The notes beneath the pieces are model-generated. The model worked only from the letters and a program-made list of their open reading frames with translations, had not been told where the DNA came from and searched no databases. A stretch of 64,000 nucleotides of DNA. It comes from Mytilus californianus. Taxonomy: Eukaryota. A program made the translations under genes and the position numbers. Each line of letters starts with the position of its first letter. The first letter of the stretch is position 1. Positions 38,601 to 51,261 of this stretch are shown piece after piece. The DNA lies in contig NW_026262582.1 of the NCBI RefSeq assembly GCF_021869535.1, positions 32,860,001 to 32,924,000 of the forward strand, given 5' to 3'.

Positions 38601-40936
38601 TGAGCAATGTATGTGTATTATAAAAGTCATTACAAGATATGGCAACGGAATTAAAAAAGATTTGGTGAGACTTCGGCAATTGATAATTTGCCTAACGAAT
38701 TTATAATGAAAAAAATCGCTGTTTCGTACCAGATTGAAGAGTAGTATTACTATAAATTGGCTATACTTTCGTTTTTCTTTCTCATATCACATCCCATTTA
38801 ATAACATTCGGGGAATATCTTTTCATGCGAAAAATCTTATATAGACAACATCAATAAGACCCTGTTCACACTATGACACTAAGATCGATTTTAACTAGAT
38901 CGGTTCACTTGAAATCAATTTAAGCCCAATATGAACGTTTTGAATCGATCTTTAATCGGTATAAACTAAGACACGAAAATAAGTAGTTTAGTTTTAATCG
39001 AGTTAAAATTAACCGATCATTCTTTAAATGCTAAAGGCTGAAATTAACGAAATCTTTACAAACAGCAGTGAACGTGTTATTAAGTGACACAAATACTTAT
39101 CCTTTGTTTTGTACTTGTAAACGTGTGTATCAACAAATTAGATTGATTAAATAACTATATTTATACACAGTGTTTACATGGGTAATTATGTTAGATGGAT
39201 TTTTTTTACTTGAGGTGTGAATTCAGTGGATAAGATTAGACACAAGGAGATCGTTAGTACTAAAAACAAGATTGACACTTACTGGTTTTATTTCGGTCGA
39301 TTCAAATTGAGATCGAGTGAAAGAATGCTACTTGGAAAGGGTCTTAGCAAACAGTATACAATTGTCTTGTTTTTTTAACTATAGAGATTAAGTCTTCTGG
39401 TCTATTCATAATTTTTCTTGGAAATCAATTTTTATTTCCTCAAATAAAAAGAAAAAACATATAGACATATTTAACAGATATTCATAGTTTATTGTGAGAC
39501 ATAATCCTATCTTACCGAAAGAGACTTTAAGATCGATGCTTTACCATATCATGTTGTTTTTTGTTTTTTTTTATTTTTTATTTTTGCCATAATATTCATA
39601 TTTAACGTTAACGATACCGTTTTACATGTTTGCATAATTATTATACCTGAGGATTGAATTAAAACTGCTCCTTCTTTGTATACATTTCTATAAGTATCAA
39701 CTATACCATTTGACACTCTACATATATAAAAGCCGTCATTTTCATGAGATCGGGTTTTGTTTGGTGCACCAATAATGAGATTTCCTTCTGGGCCCCGGGG
39801 TTCCTTTAAGTTTTCGAATTGTTTCATTGTATTCCGATCGATGATACCATTTTTCAAATATATAAAGTTTCGGATTACCCTTTGGATTACAGTGCAGAAT
39901 TATATTTGTCCCTGAAAATTGTTGCGATACGATGACGGATGGAGGATCTGGAAAAAAACATCTGTTAGATATGCTAAAGTTGTTACAGTTCATTTAAAGC
40001 TCCACCAAAATTCAATTCATATGAATAAGGAGATGTTGATATAGGTATTCAATAGACAACTCGCCATCCAAATCACAATGTGTAAAAAGTATAGTATTAT
40101 TAACCAAAGTGCTTCTTTCAATGCGCAGCTTTTTTTTGGTGGGGTTTGTGTTGCTTAGTCTTTAATTTTTTATGGTGTGTCTTCTGTACTATATTTGTCT
40201 GTTTGTCTTTTAATTTTTAGCCATTGCGTTGTCAGTTTATTTTCAATCTATGAGTTTGACTGTCCCTCCGGTATCTTTCGTCTCTCTTTTTATTCATATC
40301 TAACAACGATTTCATTGTAATAGGCAAACAACCCATAATATAAAAATATAAAGGCATACACCACCAGTACGTGCACACATTCTACTACATTCAATCAGCA
40401 CGGGCAAAAACCCTGCATTCAATATAGATAATAAGATGTGATATGAGTGTCAATGAGATGACTTTGAATGTATTTTTATTTCATACATTTATGATACTAG
40501 TACATAAAAGTTAGAAGATAACAAAGATAAAAGTTTTCGAAAAATAAAATACACAAAATGCTCTATCATTATAATACTTACAGAGGACGTTTATTTCTAT
40601 GGACGTATTTGATGTTCCTATTGAATTTGAAGCAAAACATGTGTATCTTCCTGTGTTGGTACGGTGAATCAGCTTGAATTTCAAACACGATTCAGTATTA
40701 TTAACAACTATAGGTGTAACATTTCCAGTCCAGTATAAATGAGATATAGGTGGGTTGCTGTGTCCGTGACAACAAACTTCTAACGAAGTATTTTCGATAA
40801 CTTCTTGGTGTGCAAGATAATCATCAAACAGTATTGGTTTGTCTGCAAAACATATTATTTCATTTCAGTACTATAACGATTATGTGCCTTTCCCAGTCAC
40901 AGAAATGTTGATTATTTCCATTAAATTTATAAGCAT

Positions 40937-40980
<44 letters not shown>

Positions 40981-43900
40981 CTGTTTATAGAAAATATGTA
41001 TCGAAACAACATGACAAATAGGTCAAATTGATATGGCGTTGGTACTTATTTAAATGATTAAAAAATCGAAAACTCTACGTTTCTTTGTATTTCTAAGTTA
41101 TTCAAACTGAAAGACTCGCATACATCAAATACATATTATTTCAAAACAATTTCGAAAAAGAACATTCACGTCATCGCTGACAATGGTGTACGATTGAACT
41201 GTAAACTATTTTATACGGAACAGCAAGGAAGAAGTTACAAAAATAAATACCTACGATTAAAGATGCGTACTTAACATGATATGAAAAAAATTGCGTATAT
41301 TTCGAGAACTGCTACAACACTTTGATCTTTTTAGGTTGCACTTTGTAAATACGGATGTCCCGCAAACCAAGCCTCATTTGGGGTGATATATTATATTCAT
41401 AAATCATTTGTTTTGTTGACGTACTGGTTCCCAGATGAATGTATAATCTCTATGTTTCATCTCATAGAGACACAACCATGATAACTTGTGAATGTTACCA
41501 ATATAAATACACATGAAAAGCGGTAAATTTAAAATCTGAGGAAAACCCAAAATGAAGAAAGGAGTATTGCAGACGTTAAATATAATTTTAAAATCCTAGA
41601 AGTTCAGGGAATATAAATTTTGAAAATATGCAACACAGGCTTATGTTTGACCTTATTTTGTTACAAGGCTTCATTTGTTCATTCGTAAAGTTTCTGTTTG
41701 CGTTTAGCAACGGTTAAGCAGTTGTGTTATATTAAGCATGTTTCTCCGAGTAGATACGACATGCAAGGATTTTAATGTTTTATTACGATCTCCTGAAAGT
41801 AAGTTACATATATATTCAACACAATAACTTAATTCTTGCTTCTCACAAAAATTATAAACATAGAAATATTCTTAATATCCTTTTTACTATATATATAGCA
41901 TGTTTAACTCAACTTCGTTCTTTCATCTTTGAATTTCCACAAAAGTGTGTTAACAATGTAATTTACAGAAATGACACTCGAACGACAAACATAAGTTGAT
42001 ATATGATAGATAACCTACATGTTAATACATTAAAAAAAAGTACGCAAACATATTTTTGTACTTACACTGGATATCTAATGTTACTTCATCCGTCAAAGGC
42101 ATTTCTATCATCTCACGGAAGGCAAAACATTTAAATAATTTCATGTTGTCTCTTTTGGTTGGGGTAAACGAGTATACCAGTGTACTACTTCCACCCATTG
42201 CTACATCTGAACCATTTAGGGTCAAAAGAAGAGTTCCCTCAGGTCTACCGCTTTTAACAGTGCAAACTATGTCAAGTGGTTGTCCATCTGTTCCGCTTAT
42301 TATTTTTTTGTCCTTTGTTTCCAATGTATTCAGAAATGTCAGGTTGGTTGGAGGACCTTTAAAATTATGTTTTGACACGTAAATAAACAAATAAATTTAA
42401 AAAACATGAAAAGCTGTTTCTCTATCCATTGTTTCTGGAAATGTTAGCAGTCACTGGGAAAGTTTCCTATCTTTAGTAGTCTTTAAAACAATACTATTCT
42501 CCGTTTATTTGACTGACAATAATATATTGTTGTTGACGCACATTCAAACTTTCAAAACAAATAATGTGATGTTTTTTTAATATGTCGTTACAATCAAGGG
42601 GCTTTGTTAATAGCCATTATCAACCTTGTTGATTCATGCTGTGCTGGAAATCGTATCATAACTATGGTTGTTACATTTGAAGAAAGAGTGTGTGCTCTCT
42701 TTGTATCAGTTCTTGATTTTGTACATTTATAAATACCTTACACTTTATTGCTAGAGAAATGAAAGAAAATATTTTTGTCTGAATGGTTCATTTACAAAAA
42801 AAATATAAATCCTTTTCATCGGAAAAATGTCATGAAACAAGAGAAAAAACATAAACTATCCGTTCATGTAATTACACTAACAATTGGAACGTTTTATACA
42901 ATTGCATTTAGATTACATTGTGCATCTTCATCAATTAAAAAATATACCATGGGCTGTGGTTATATTTTTACGTATATATAATGAATATACCACGTTATTG
43001 TCTTTAATACAATAGGATACAAATCTTGCAAATCTTTGCTGATATTATTTTTGTTGACGGTATATAGAAATGTGTCACAAATTAAATTAACTTGACACCC
43101 CTAAGTGTGTTTGACGCCAAAAAAACTTAATATATATATTTGAATAGCATAATAGTAAATTAATGATGTCAGATCAAGTATAAAATATTTTTGGCAAGGC
43201 AATTAGTTAAAAAATGTCTCGACTGTACGGTCATATATATTTTAATAATAGTTTCTTTCACATTCAACCAAAATCATTAAGTGTCAAATAATTGACCTCT
43301 TTATCTTTGATTTGTTATATTATAACTTATGATATAATGAGTTGAGACTTATCAATAGTAAGTTGAGGGATATTTATACATATATGAAACAGTGGGTGTA
43401 TTTCAGATATTTTTTCGAGACTTTAGTGTGTAATATTTTCATTTGAAGTTCGCCCAGACAGTCCATCATCATGATTATATCATACATTTTGTTTCGTTTC
43501 ATGAAACACTTATACTTTAACTTACTTTTTAAATATAGTGTGAATTTATTTAAATACAACACTCCTGATTTCCATAACTCGCATGTGTAGTTTCCAGTAT
43601 CTACATCTGAGACATTTCTTATAACCAAGTTGCATACACTTTTACTATAATCTCCAATGATATCAATATTCAAGTCTTTAAGATTTTTGGTGAGTATCAG
43701 GCCTTGTGCGTAAAGATCTGTTCCTTGATCCTTTCTCGTTCTTCTAATTGTCGATCTTTGTGGACCGTACCATGAAGTTACGGTTTGACGGGAGCAAGTG
43801 CAATTGAGAATAACGGTTGCATCTAATTCAACAAATATGCTAGTGTGGGTCTTTACGTAAGGTGATTTACCTTGATAAGAATACAATTATGATGATTAAT

Positions 43901-44331
43901 GTATTCAAAATATATTTCCACGTTTTCCCTTTATATTTGAAAAATAAATGTTTTTATAGCTTAAAATAGATTACATTTTTGAAATAATAAATAACAGGCC
44001 GTGAATTCGTGTGTTAAAGAAGGGTCAGTTGCATAATATGAATATATTTTTTCCATTGATCTTGCTAACATTCAAACGGTTATATCATATGAATATAGAC
44101 TTTTTGCGCTGATGCTGCGTGAAGAAATCGTCAATCAATCAAGCATTCAATAAAAAGGTTATACAGATTCTAATAATTGCTTCACGTTTCTAAAAGACTT
44201 ATCAACTGTAATATTTATGTTGTTTCACATTGCTATTTCAAATATGTCTGCTAACTGAATGCTAGTATATTACCTGAGGAAAAACAATAAGACAGAATTG
44301 TCACTAAAATCGTCAGCGAAATGACTAACAT
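35165..44331 (-). CDS. Locus B: IgSF receptor (signal-IgV-4Ig-FN3-TM-Tyr tail); seven exons open, Ig4 exon frameshifted by a 7-nt insertion
   Basis: Eight exons with canonical AG/GT and phase-1 joins (see exon entries). Confidence 0.85.
36955..37245 (-). CDS. Locus B FN3 exon
   Basis: ttctag|AT TTA CCA CAA ACC CCT (LPQTPTNLTV...W..FNGG..Y..YFVRMFSRNKIGDS) G|GTAAGT, 291 nt. Confidence 0.92.
37904..38224 (-). CDS. Locus B Ig5 exon
   Basis: tttag|TA CCA CCA ... G|GTAAGC, 321 nt. Contains HFGNYTVVACNFEG. Confidence 0.9.
38857..39344. mobile_element. Probable MITE (~490 bp)
   Basis: TA-agaccctgttc ... ggaaagggtct-TA short inverted termini, with internal atcga repeats. Confidence 0.5.
39647..39947 (-). 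pseudogene. Locus B Ig4 exon with 7-nt frameshifting insertion
   Basis: ttccag|AT CCT CCA ... G|GTATAA, 301 nt = 294+7. ORFs 39742-39993 and 39549-39857 hold the two halves of the domain. Confidence 0.9.
40582..40842 (-). CDS. Locus B Ig3 (I-set-like) exon; absent from the ORF track
   Basis: ttgcag|AC AAA CCA: KPILFDDYLAHQEVIENTSLEVCCHGHSNPPISHLYWTG...GRYTCFASNSIGTSNTSIEINVL T|GTAAGT, 261 nt. Confidence 0.92.
40941..40978. repeat. (AT)19 microsatellite
   Basis: Read directly. Confidence 0.95.
42066..42356 (-). CDS. Locus B Ig2 (C2-like) exon
   Basis: ttaaag|GT CCT CCA (PPTNLTF..LDIVCTVKSGRP..FKCFA) T|GTAAGT, 291 nt. Confidence 0.92.
43526..43870 (-). CDS. Locus B IgV exon
   Basis: atcaag|GT AAA ... 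A|GTAAGT, 345 nt. Reads VILNCTC..SWYGP..CNLVIRNVSDVDTGNYTC. Confidence 0.92.
44274..44331 (-). CDS. Locus B signal-peptide exon
   Basis: MLVISLTILVTILSYCFSS G|GTAATA, preceded by an atatag acceptor. Confidence 0.85.
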
Positions 44332-44754
44332 TTTTTTACCTATATATAAAATAAACATAATTAATTGAATTTAACATGAAGTTACAGTATCTGTTTCAAA
44401 GTTTGTTGTCTATTGAGCGACAAAGATAATAAATTAACATACTGTTAATTCAAACATTATTGCAAGGTTTCATAAATACGAATAATTTGACTTGTTTGGT
44501 TCTGCATAAGAAAACGTCTGTATCAAGTCAGGAATATTATTAGTACAGTTATTATTCATTCGTTTGATGTGTTTGTGCTATTGATTTTTCCATTTGATTA
44601 GGGACTTTCCTTTTTGAATTTTCCTTAGAGTTCGGTATGTTAGATATGTTAGTGTTTGCAATAGTGCTACCACGTGTTCTGACACCTGAAACATATATTT
44701 GTATCCAGATTTTTATAAATTCGCATTTATTAATATAGCATGTTTGTCTATTCT

Positions 44755-45715
44755 TAAGAGCTGAGGCGGAAGATACCAAATTCATAAGTGGAAAATAAAC
44801 TGACAACGCCAAGACAAAACAAAATAAAGTAGTGACAAAAGACAAGCAACAGTATTCAAAACACAACATACTTATAACAAATTAGGCAACACGAAAGCCA
44901 CCACTAACTAGGGACAATCTCATGTGCTTCGGAAGGGTAAGCAGATCCTGCTTCATGGAAGAGGGACGAAAGATACCAGAGGGACAGTCAAATCCATAAA
45001 TCGAAAATAAACTAACAACGCCATGGCTAAAAATGAAAAAAGACAAACAGACAAACTATAGTACACATGACACAACATAGAAAACTAAAGAATAAGCAAC
45101 ACGAACCCTACCAAAAACTAGGGGTGATCTCAGGTGCTCCGGAAGGGTAAGCAGATCCTGCTCATCGTGTGGCACCCGTCATGTAACAAATCCGGTTAAT
45201 AATCTAATTCGGTAGGTCACATTCATGAAAGGGAAGGGGATTGTAGTTACGACATAAGGGACATATCCGATATAATCTGTGAAACGGTTATTCCAAAATG
45301 GCCAACCAACTCGTGATGGCGTCCGTAAAATTTACGAAGGAATGATTTCAACTTCACCATTTGTAACTCTTGGTTTAATAGCTTCCTTGTGAGCAGCAAC
45401 CCTCTACCAAGACATTGATGATAGAAAATACATGCACAGGAATATCGTATCAATTGTGAGATATATACCCCGTATGCAGGTGCTGCTGGAATGTTGCTAC
45501 TTAGAAATGGAAAGTTCACAATTTGAAAGCTGGAACTTGTCGTGTTGCTCAAGTTGATACAAATCCGGTGACAATTCTAACTAGTAAGGTCATATTCGGG
45601 GAAAAAAGAGATAATACCGGTTCTAATAATTGAAACATATCCATCGTCATTTGTAAACATATTTTTCGTAACGGTTTTCCAACCCGTAATGGCGTCCGCT
45701 AATTACAAAAATAAA
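44755..45715 (-). mobile_element. Partial-tandem stack of PLE family 2 3' fragments
   Basis: Well-preserved copy 44960-45545 (FPFLSSNIPAAPAYGVYISQLIRY) flanked by diverged partial copies at 44755-44950 and 45545-45715. Confidence 0.8.
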
Positions 45716-48509
45716 CGTACGTTATAATTTTAGAATTAAGATTAGTACATTAATTATCTGAACTGTACAATGATTTTCTTGTTAGAGGTTAGTTAGTTCT
45801 AAAATATAAATAGAATGTTGAAATTAATTTATATAAACTGTTTACGACGTCATCCAGTGTTGATAACTGCTAGGTAGACCGTTAAGTTACTTTTCGATTT
45901 TCGGTTTATCATAATACGAAGTGAGCAAAACGTGCTAGGTGTACACTTTCAAAAATATAAATGACCATTGAAAATCTGAGTTACAGTTGTGAAGATGGTA
46001 ACAAGATAAAGCCTTAATGATCTACCACTAGTACTGGTCGGAGAATAGCTAAAAATCTTTCATACACTTTAAATATATGCAGACGACAGAAATAAGTAAT
46101 TCCGTTTACCTTCTTTTGTTTAAATTACTGTATTTTATAACAAAAGAAAAATAAGTAAACCTAACCTTCTATTGAGTTTTATTCATAACATGAATTTTTT
46201 TGACATGAACAAGTCAAAAGTATGGTCCGAGTTTTGTAATAATTTGTAACAGTCTTTTCGAACACAACTTTTGTTTTTCTTCGGTTTTCTTCGGGTCTAC
46301 TTTTTTAATATATTTAAAGGATAGCATGAATTTTATCAGATTGTGTATGTAAATACTTACAGAACTCAACATTAGAATGTTCAGTAATATTGACAACACA
46401 TAAGCTGTATTTGTCAAAACTTTTAGGAATTGATGGTTCTCAATGCTCTTCATATTCATATTTTATTTGTTGTTTTAACCTTTTTTTGTAGACGAAAAGC
46501 GTTTCTGGCACAATTACAAAATTACAATCCTGTTATGTACATGATGTATGTTGAGTTAATTGTACTTCCTTAGTGGTAATTTTAGTGATCGGCTTTTAAT
46601 GGATTTAATGTCCCTCGATCGGCGGATTTCTGTTTACGGTTGTGTTATTCTTTTGAATTGTGCGTCTTCTTTTCGTTTTTTTATGTTTGGTCTTGACGTA
46701 GTCAGTTTTTTTATTGGCATGATTTTCTTGTTGGCCAGGCTGTATTTTCTCTCCTTTTTATTGGCTAATGAATAGACTGATAATATCTACTTACCAAAAT
46801 GAACAGCCATTATTGTAGTTGTGTCCGTGATGATGTCAAAACATACCGAAACAGACACAACATGGACAATGAACATGAAGTTTTATTTAAAAAACATTTT
46901 ACCAGCACCCTAGCCGAAAACAAAAACAATAAGCATGATAACAAAACTGTATTCGAGATAGCCGGCACTTGTATTTGATAATTTATGACCCCCTTTATGT
47001 ATTGGAGGATTCAATATTAAAAGTAAGCCATTATTTTACCATTATTTTATTGTTAACACACAATAACTGCTATTTGATAGTTTAAAACATATTTTGATTA
47101 ATCTAAAATCAAATGGACAAACATGTATCAAAGCAGACAGTTTCCTCATGTGCGGTAGTGTTGGGAAACATTACTATATATGAATTCAATCTCATGTCAT
47201 GCATCGTCGTTCAGGGCTTGTCCTTTTTCTCCTTTGTGTTCCTTTATTTGTATACATATTTTGGTGGGTTAGTGTTCATCCTATAAAATGTTTGGTAATA
47301 CTTGATCATGATGCTAATTTCGTATTGTTTTGCTTCATTGCCATGAGACAATTTGTTTTCTTTTGTTTCAACTATCATATCAATTGACGATCAGTTCATA
47401 GCATTTGAATTTTATTTTAACCTCTCGCATCTCTTACGGGATATTCCTCAAACTATTACAACTTAGAAATACATGTATATTTTTATATCTACAAATAATC
47501 CATTTGTTTCCAACTCGATTGAAAAAGAGAAATTTCCATTACCAACTAGATGAGAAGTTGCAATTTTAAGATAAGTTGAATAATGATTATATGTAAATTC
47601 CAGTATAAAGAAATCTAAAACGTTCTTACCTAAATTAATACCCAAACGTTATAATTTATGTCGCAATATAGTATCCTTGACTTATTTTCAACATTTCCTT
47701 GTTTTATTGTCAATTGGTCAACATATTTTGCATAATGTTCCGAAGCAACACCTGCTATGATTATAATGCGTAATAGTATTCGATTGTAGTTAATTTTACA
47801 TAATGTATCCATGACATAGATTTTGAAATATAAACAATAGAAGGAAGTTGATTTGCAACAGAAATCCCATTATTAATATACAACCGTATTCAAATTAACA
47901 TAGAATGTTAGTGAACAAATTATTCATTACATGTATCTGGGATTGTTCTTGTGTTTTTTTATAATACATGCATATCTTAAATATATTCTATCAGTTAAAA
48001 TGTTAACAGATATATATAAAAAGGGGGAAAAAACACCAAAATACTGAATTCCAAAGCAAATTCAAGAAGGGGAAATCCATAAAAACTACTAAAATCATAC
48101 GCTATCAATTAACGAAACAAGTGTAAAACAACTCCAATATATCTTGGTGTAAGACATTTTCTTATGGACATTATGGTTTAGACTTGGATTTATAGCTACA
48201 CATGATGTAGCTAAAATCCAACTTGTTCGACAGTTATTTTATCTACAACACTTTTTTTCTAGTCCAACTTCTTATTTTGCATTTAGTATTTTAATACTTT
48301 ATAGTATTCAAATAGATATATGTTAAAACATGTGTTCCCACAGGAACTGGAGTTTTATTCATCACCCAATGGTCATGTTCAAATAAAATTTTACCTTTTG
48401 AAGAGTTTTAACCTGCACGAAAATGTATGGCTACTCTAGCATTTAAAACATGAACCAAGAACAAGACATGTATTTGTTTTCTTCCAAAATTGGCATCATT
48501 AACTTCAGT

Positions 48510-48892
48510 TCATTGTTTTGTCGTGTATATAACAAGCCAAGGTTGCCTGAGGCTATTCATAGCAATGCTAAAGTGTTTTGGGGTGTTTGTCACCAATTCG
48601 AATGATAATATCATCGTGTTCTGATAATTGTCATTGATGATACTACGATAATGATGCATTTCGATATCGCAATGGTTTATACAGTAACTTGATAAGAGTT
48701 TTCATAACTGTCACCAAACTGTTTTGTTGATGAGCTATCATCGGAGCTAACGATATCGGCTCTTGGTATTATATCGTTTGATTCGATAATACTCGATACG
48801 CTTTTAATATTCACTTCCGCAGCATTGGATATCCAATCAAATATATCAGTGTTATAATTCAAAGTTCTTATTTCATTTTCGTAGTTGTGTTT
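48510..48892 (-). pseudogene. Locus D: orphan C-type cytoplasmic tail fragment
   Basis: TLNYNTD..RADIVSSDD..GDSYENSYQ, frameshift, then CDIEMHHY..YQNTM..PWLVIYTTKQ*. No TM or acceptor upstream. Confidence 0.85.
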
Positions 48893-51223
48893 TTTTGAGG
48901 TTTGAAGCACTGCGTTTAATCATTAATTTAGTAGTTGTATTGGTGTTTTTGATAACAAACAATGTTAAGACGTTTTGATAAGTATGTTGTCAACATAAAG
49001 GGTATGACTTTTTAAAAGGACATAGATTTGTGACGTATATGACGCAATACATAATAGGACAAATATGTGAGGATGAACAAATGTGTAACTATTCAAACTA
49101 TATTAATAGCTACATCAGTTGGAAAGCAAGTCCTTGGAAACATCTGTTGTCGTCAAGCTCTATCAGCAACAATAGCAGGGGGAATTGATTATGTGGCGCT
49201 TCAGTCGTCCGTGACGTCAAAAAGTCCAGCTAATCAATCGGCTAAAAGATTGACGTTTAGAGTATTTTTTCAACTTGTCATGCTTTTATCATAATTGAAC
49301 TTTAAAATTTGTTGGTTTTGCGACCAATATAGTTTCAATACGACATATAAACATTATCAAAAATAGCTTGTTATTACTATTTTTTTTATCTTGTCCGTTC
49401 TAAAAAAAATTCAGCCATCTGTTTGTTTGCCAAAAGCATCGATTTTTCATAACTTGACGTTTGCGTATCCAAATACGGAAATGAACGGTAATAACCTTAA
49501 ATAAAACCGGGTAATCTATTTCAAGTTTCTGCATAATTTGAAGCCATCATTTTTTACTATTATACATCAATTTTAGTGACCACCAGTCATGTCAATTTGT
49601 ACTTGGTTTTGGCTGCGTTTCTACTTCAAAACAGTAAAGTTCAACTTCTTTTCATTGTATCTGTTACCAAAGTACTATAACATACTGATTTTATTATATA
49701 TATGAATGAAATTGTAATTAAAAATTGTTGTTTTTTACAATTCCATACGATACCTCCATTTTAAAGTAATTAAATTTCTTTTTGATCCCCTACACAAATT
49801 GACGCTGACATTGTTTTCTTTTTCAACATACGTCATATAACTTTAATAAAATATGTGTCAGGGTCATGTGCATAGTGAATATTTGGAAAAGTGAAACAAC
49901 AAACAAAGTTCTTTTTTATAGCGTTTGAGACTATGCGTCTTAGAAAAATTCATTTATACTGGAAACAAATTAATGATAGCTTATGGTTGGACAAAAGCAC
50001 AAAAAATAGCAATAGAAAATGCATTGCAAAAAAAAATTTTGGAGGAAAACACATATGAAAAAAGGAAAAGAGGGTCAGTTAATTATATTTATATTTATAA
50101 GTTAAAACCCTTGCTTATTTAATTATCTCTTTACTAGGTAAGCTACATTAATCAGAGCAAAAACTAGCTTATCAAGTAAAACAAGAAGTTAGATAGAGAT
50201 GTGTTTTAACAAAATTGAATTTATTCAAATGGCAAATTCTTGTCAAATTTAATCATTATTGATCATTATCAAAGTAAAATGCACAAGATTTGTCCCACCA
50301 ACTTTCATTTCATTTCTGAGATTGATATCCAATTAATCGGGTAAAATATACAATACTTTGTTTTGAAATATGTTAAGCAGCTGATACAGCAGCCTGAAGA
50401 GAAGAAGCACCATTTTTTTTCTCAAAAAGTTTACTTTAATAATCTTTGAAATACCCTGAGAAATTAGACAAGGCTGCCGTTTCATAAAACAATCGCTAAT
50501 AACGATTACCGTTAATTTTAGCGTGTAACTAACGACTACATAACGATGACGTTTACGTGCGTTTCATGAAGCATACGTAGACGAATCGTTAGAATTTTCG
50601 ATCGCTAGACAATCGCTATTTATTTATAGCACGGGAATCCCCGGATATCGCACTCTTTGTCGTTGGAGAAAAATCTGCTAGCAAACGATTGAAAGTAAAA
50701 AAGACTCCAAGTACAAGAAATCTCAATTTTAAATGTTTCCTCCAACGAGGTAGACTTAATAAAATTGTTTCTTATTTATTAAAGAATAATTCATGCAAGT
50801 CCTAGATTAGTTGGAAATTTTCACATGACACACGATTTATTTTTGCGTAGCCAAATTGGCCTTCGTAGGCTATGCGTACCCGCAACCGATTTTATAATAA
50901 ACTGTCATATGATCGGGAATGAAACGTGAAAGATACACGAAAAATATCGGCTATTTCCTGACTTTGTGAATTCAGTGAAGATAATGGCAAAAAATATTTT
51001 TTTAATTTGTATTATTAGTTATAATACCGAAATTAAATGTAAATGCACATTAAAAGAATAAAATTATACAGAATATGAATAAATATATGTAAAAAAAACT
51101 CGAGTGAAATATTATTGGTTATATTTGTTTCGCGATCATTACAAGTAATATCTAAAAAAGTCATATTGTGTTCCTGTAATATAAATCTATACTACTCAAG
51201 GAAGAGAACGATTTCATTGAGCA

Positions 51224-51261
<38 letters not shown>

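Noticed and set aside
42056-42382. Plus-strand ORFs overlapping receptor exons (also 3350-3559, 10203-10475, 12924-13295, 28105-28311)
   Set aside because: Antisense shadows of real minus-strand exons
35165-44331. Assigning a gene symbol (nephrin, hemicentin, sidestep, DSCAM)
   Set aside because: Only the domain layout is similar. Orthology cannot be established from the sequence by eye.
47463-47812. Two adjacent 60-aa minus ORFs, plus 46214-46459 and 58164-58361
   Set aside because: No recognisable domain, splice pattern or paralogy to the receptor exons
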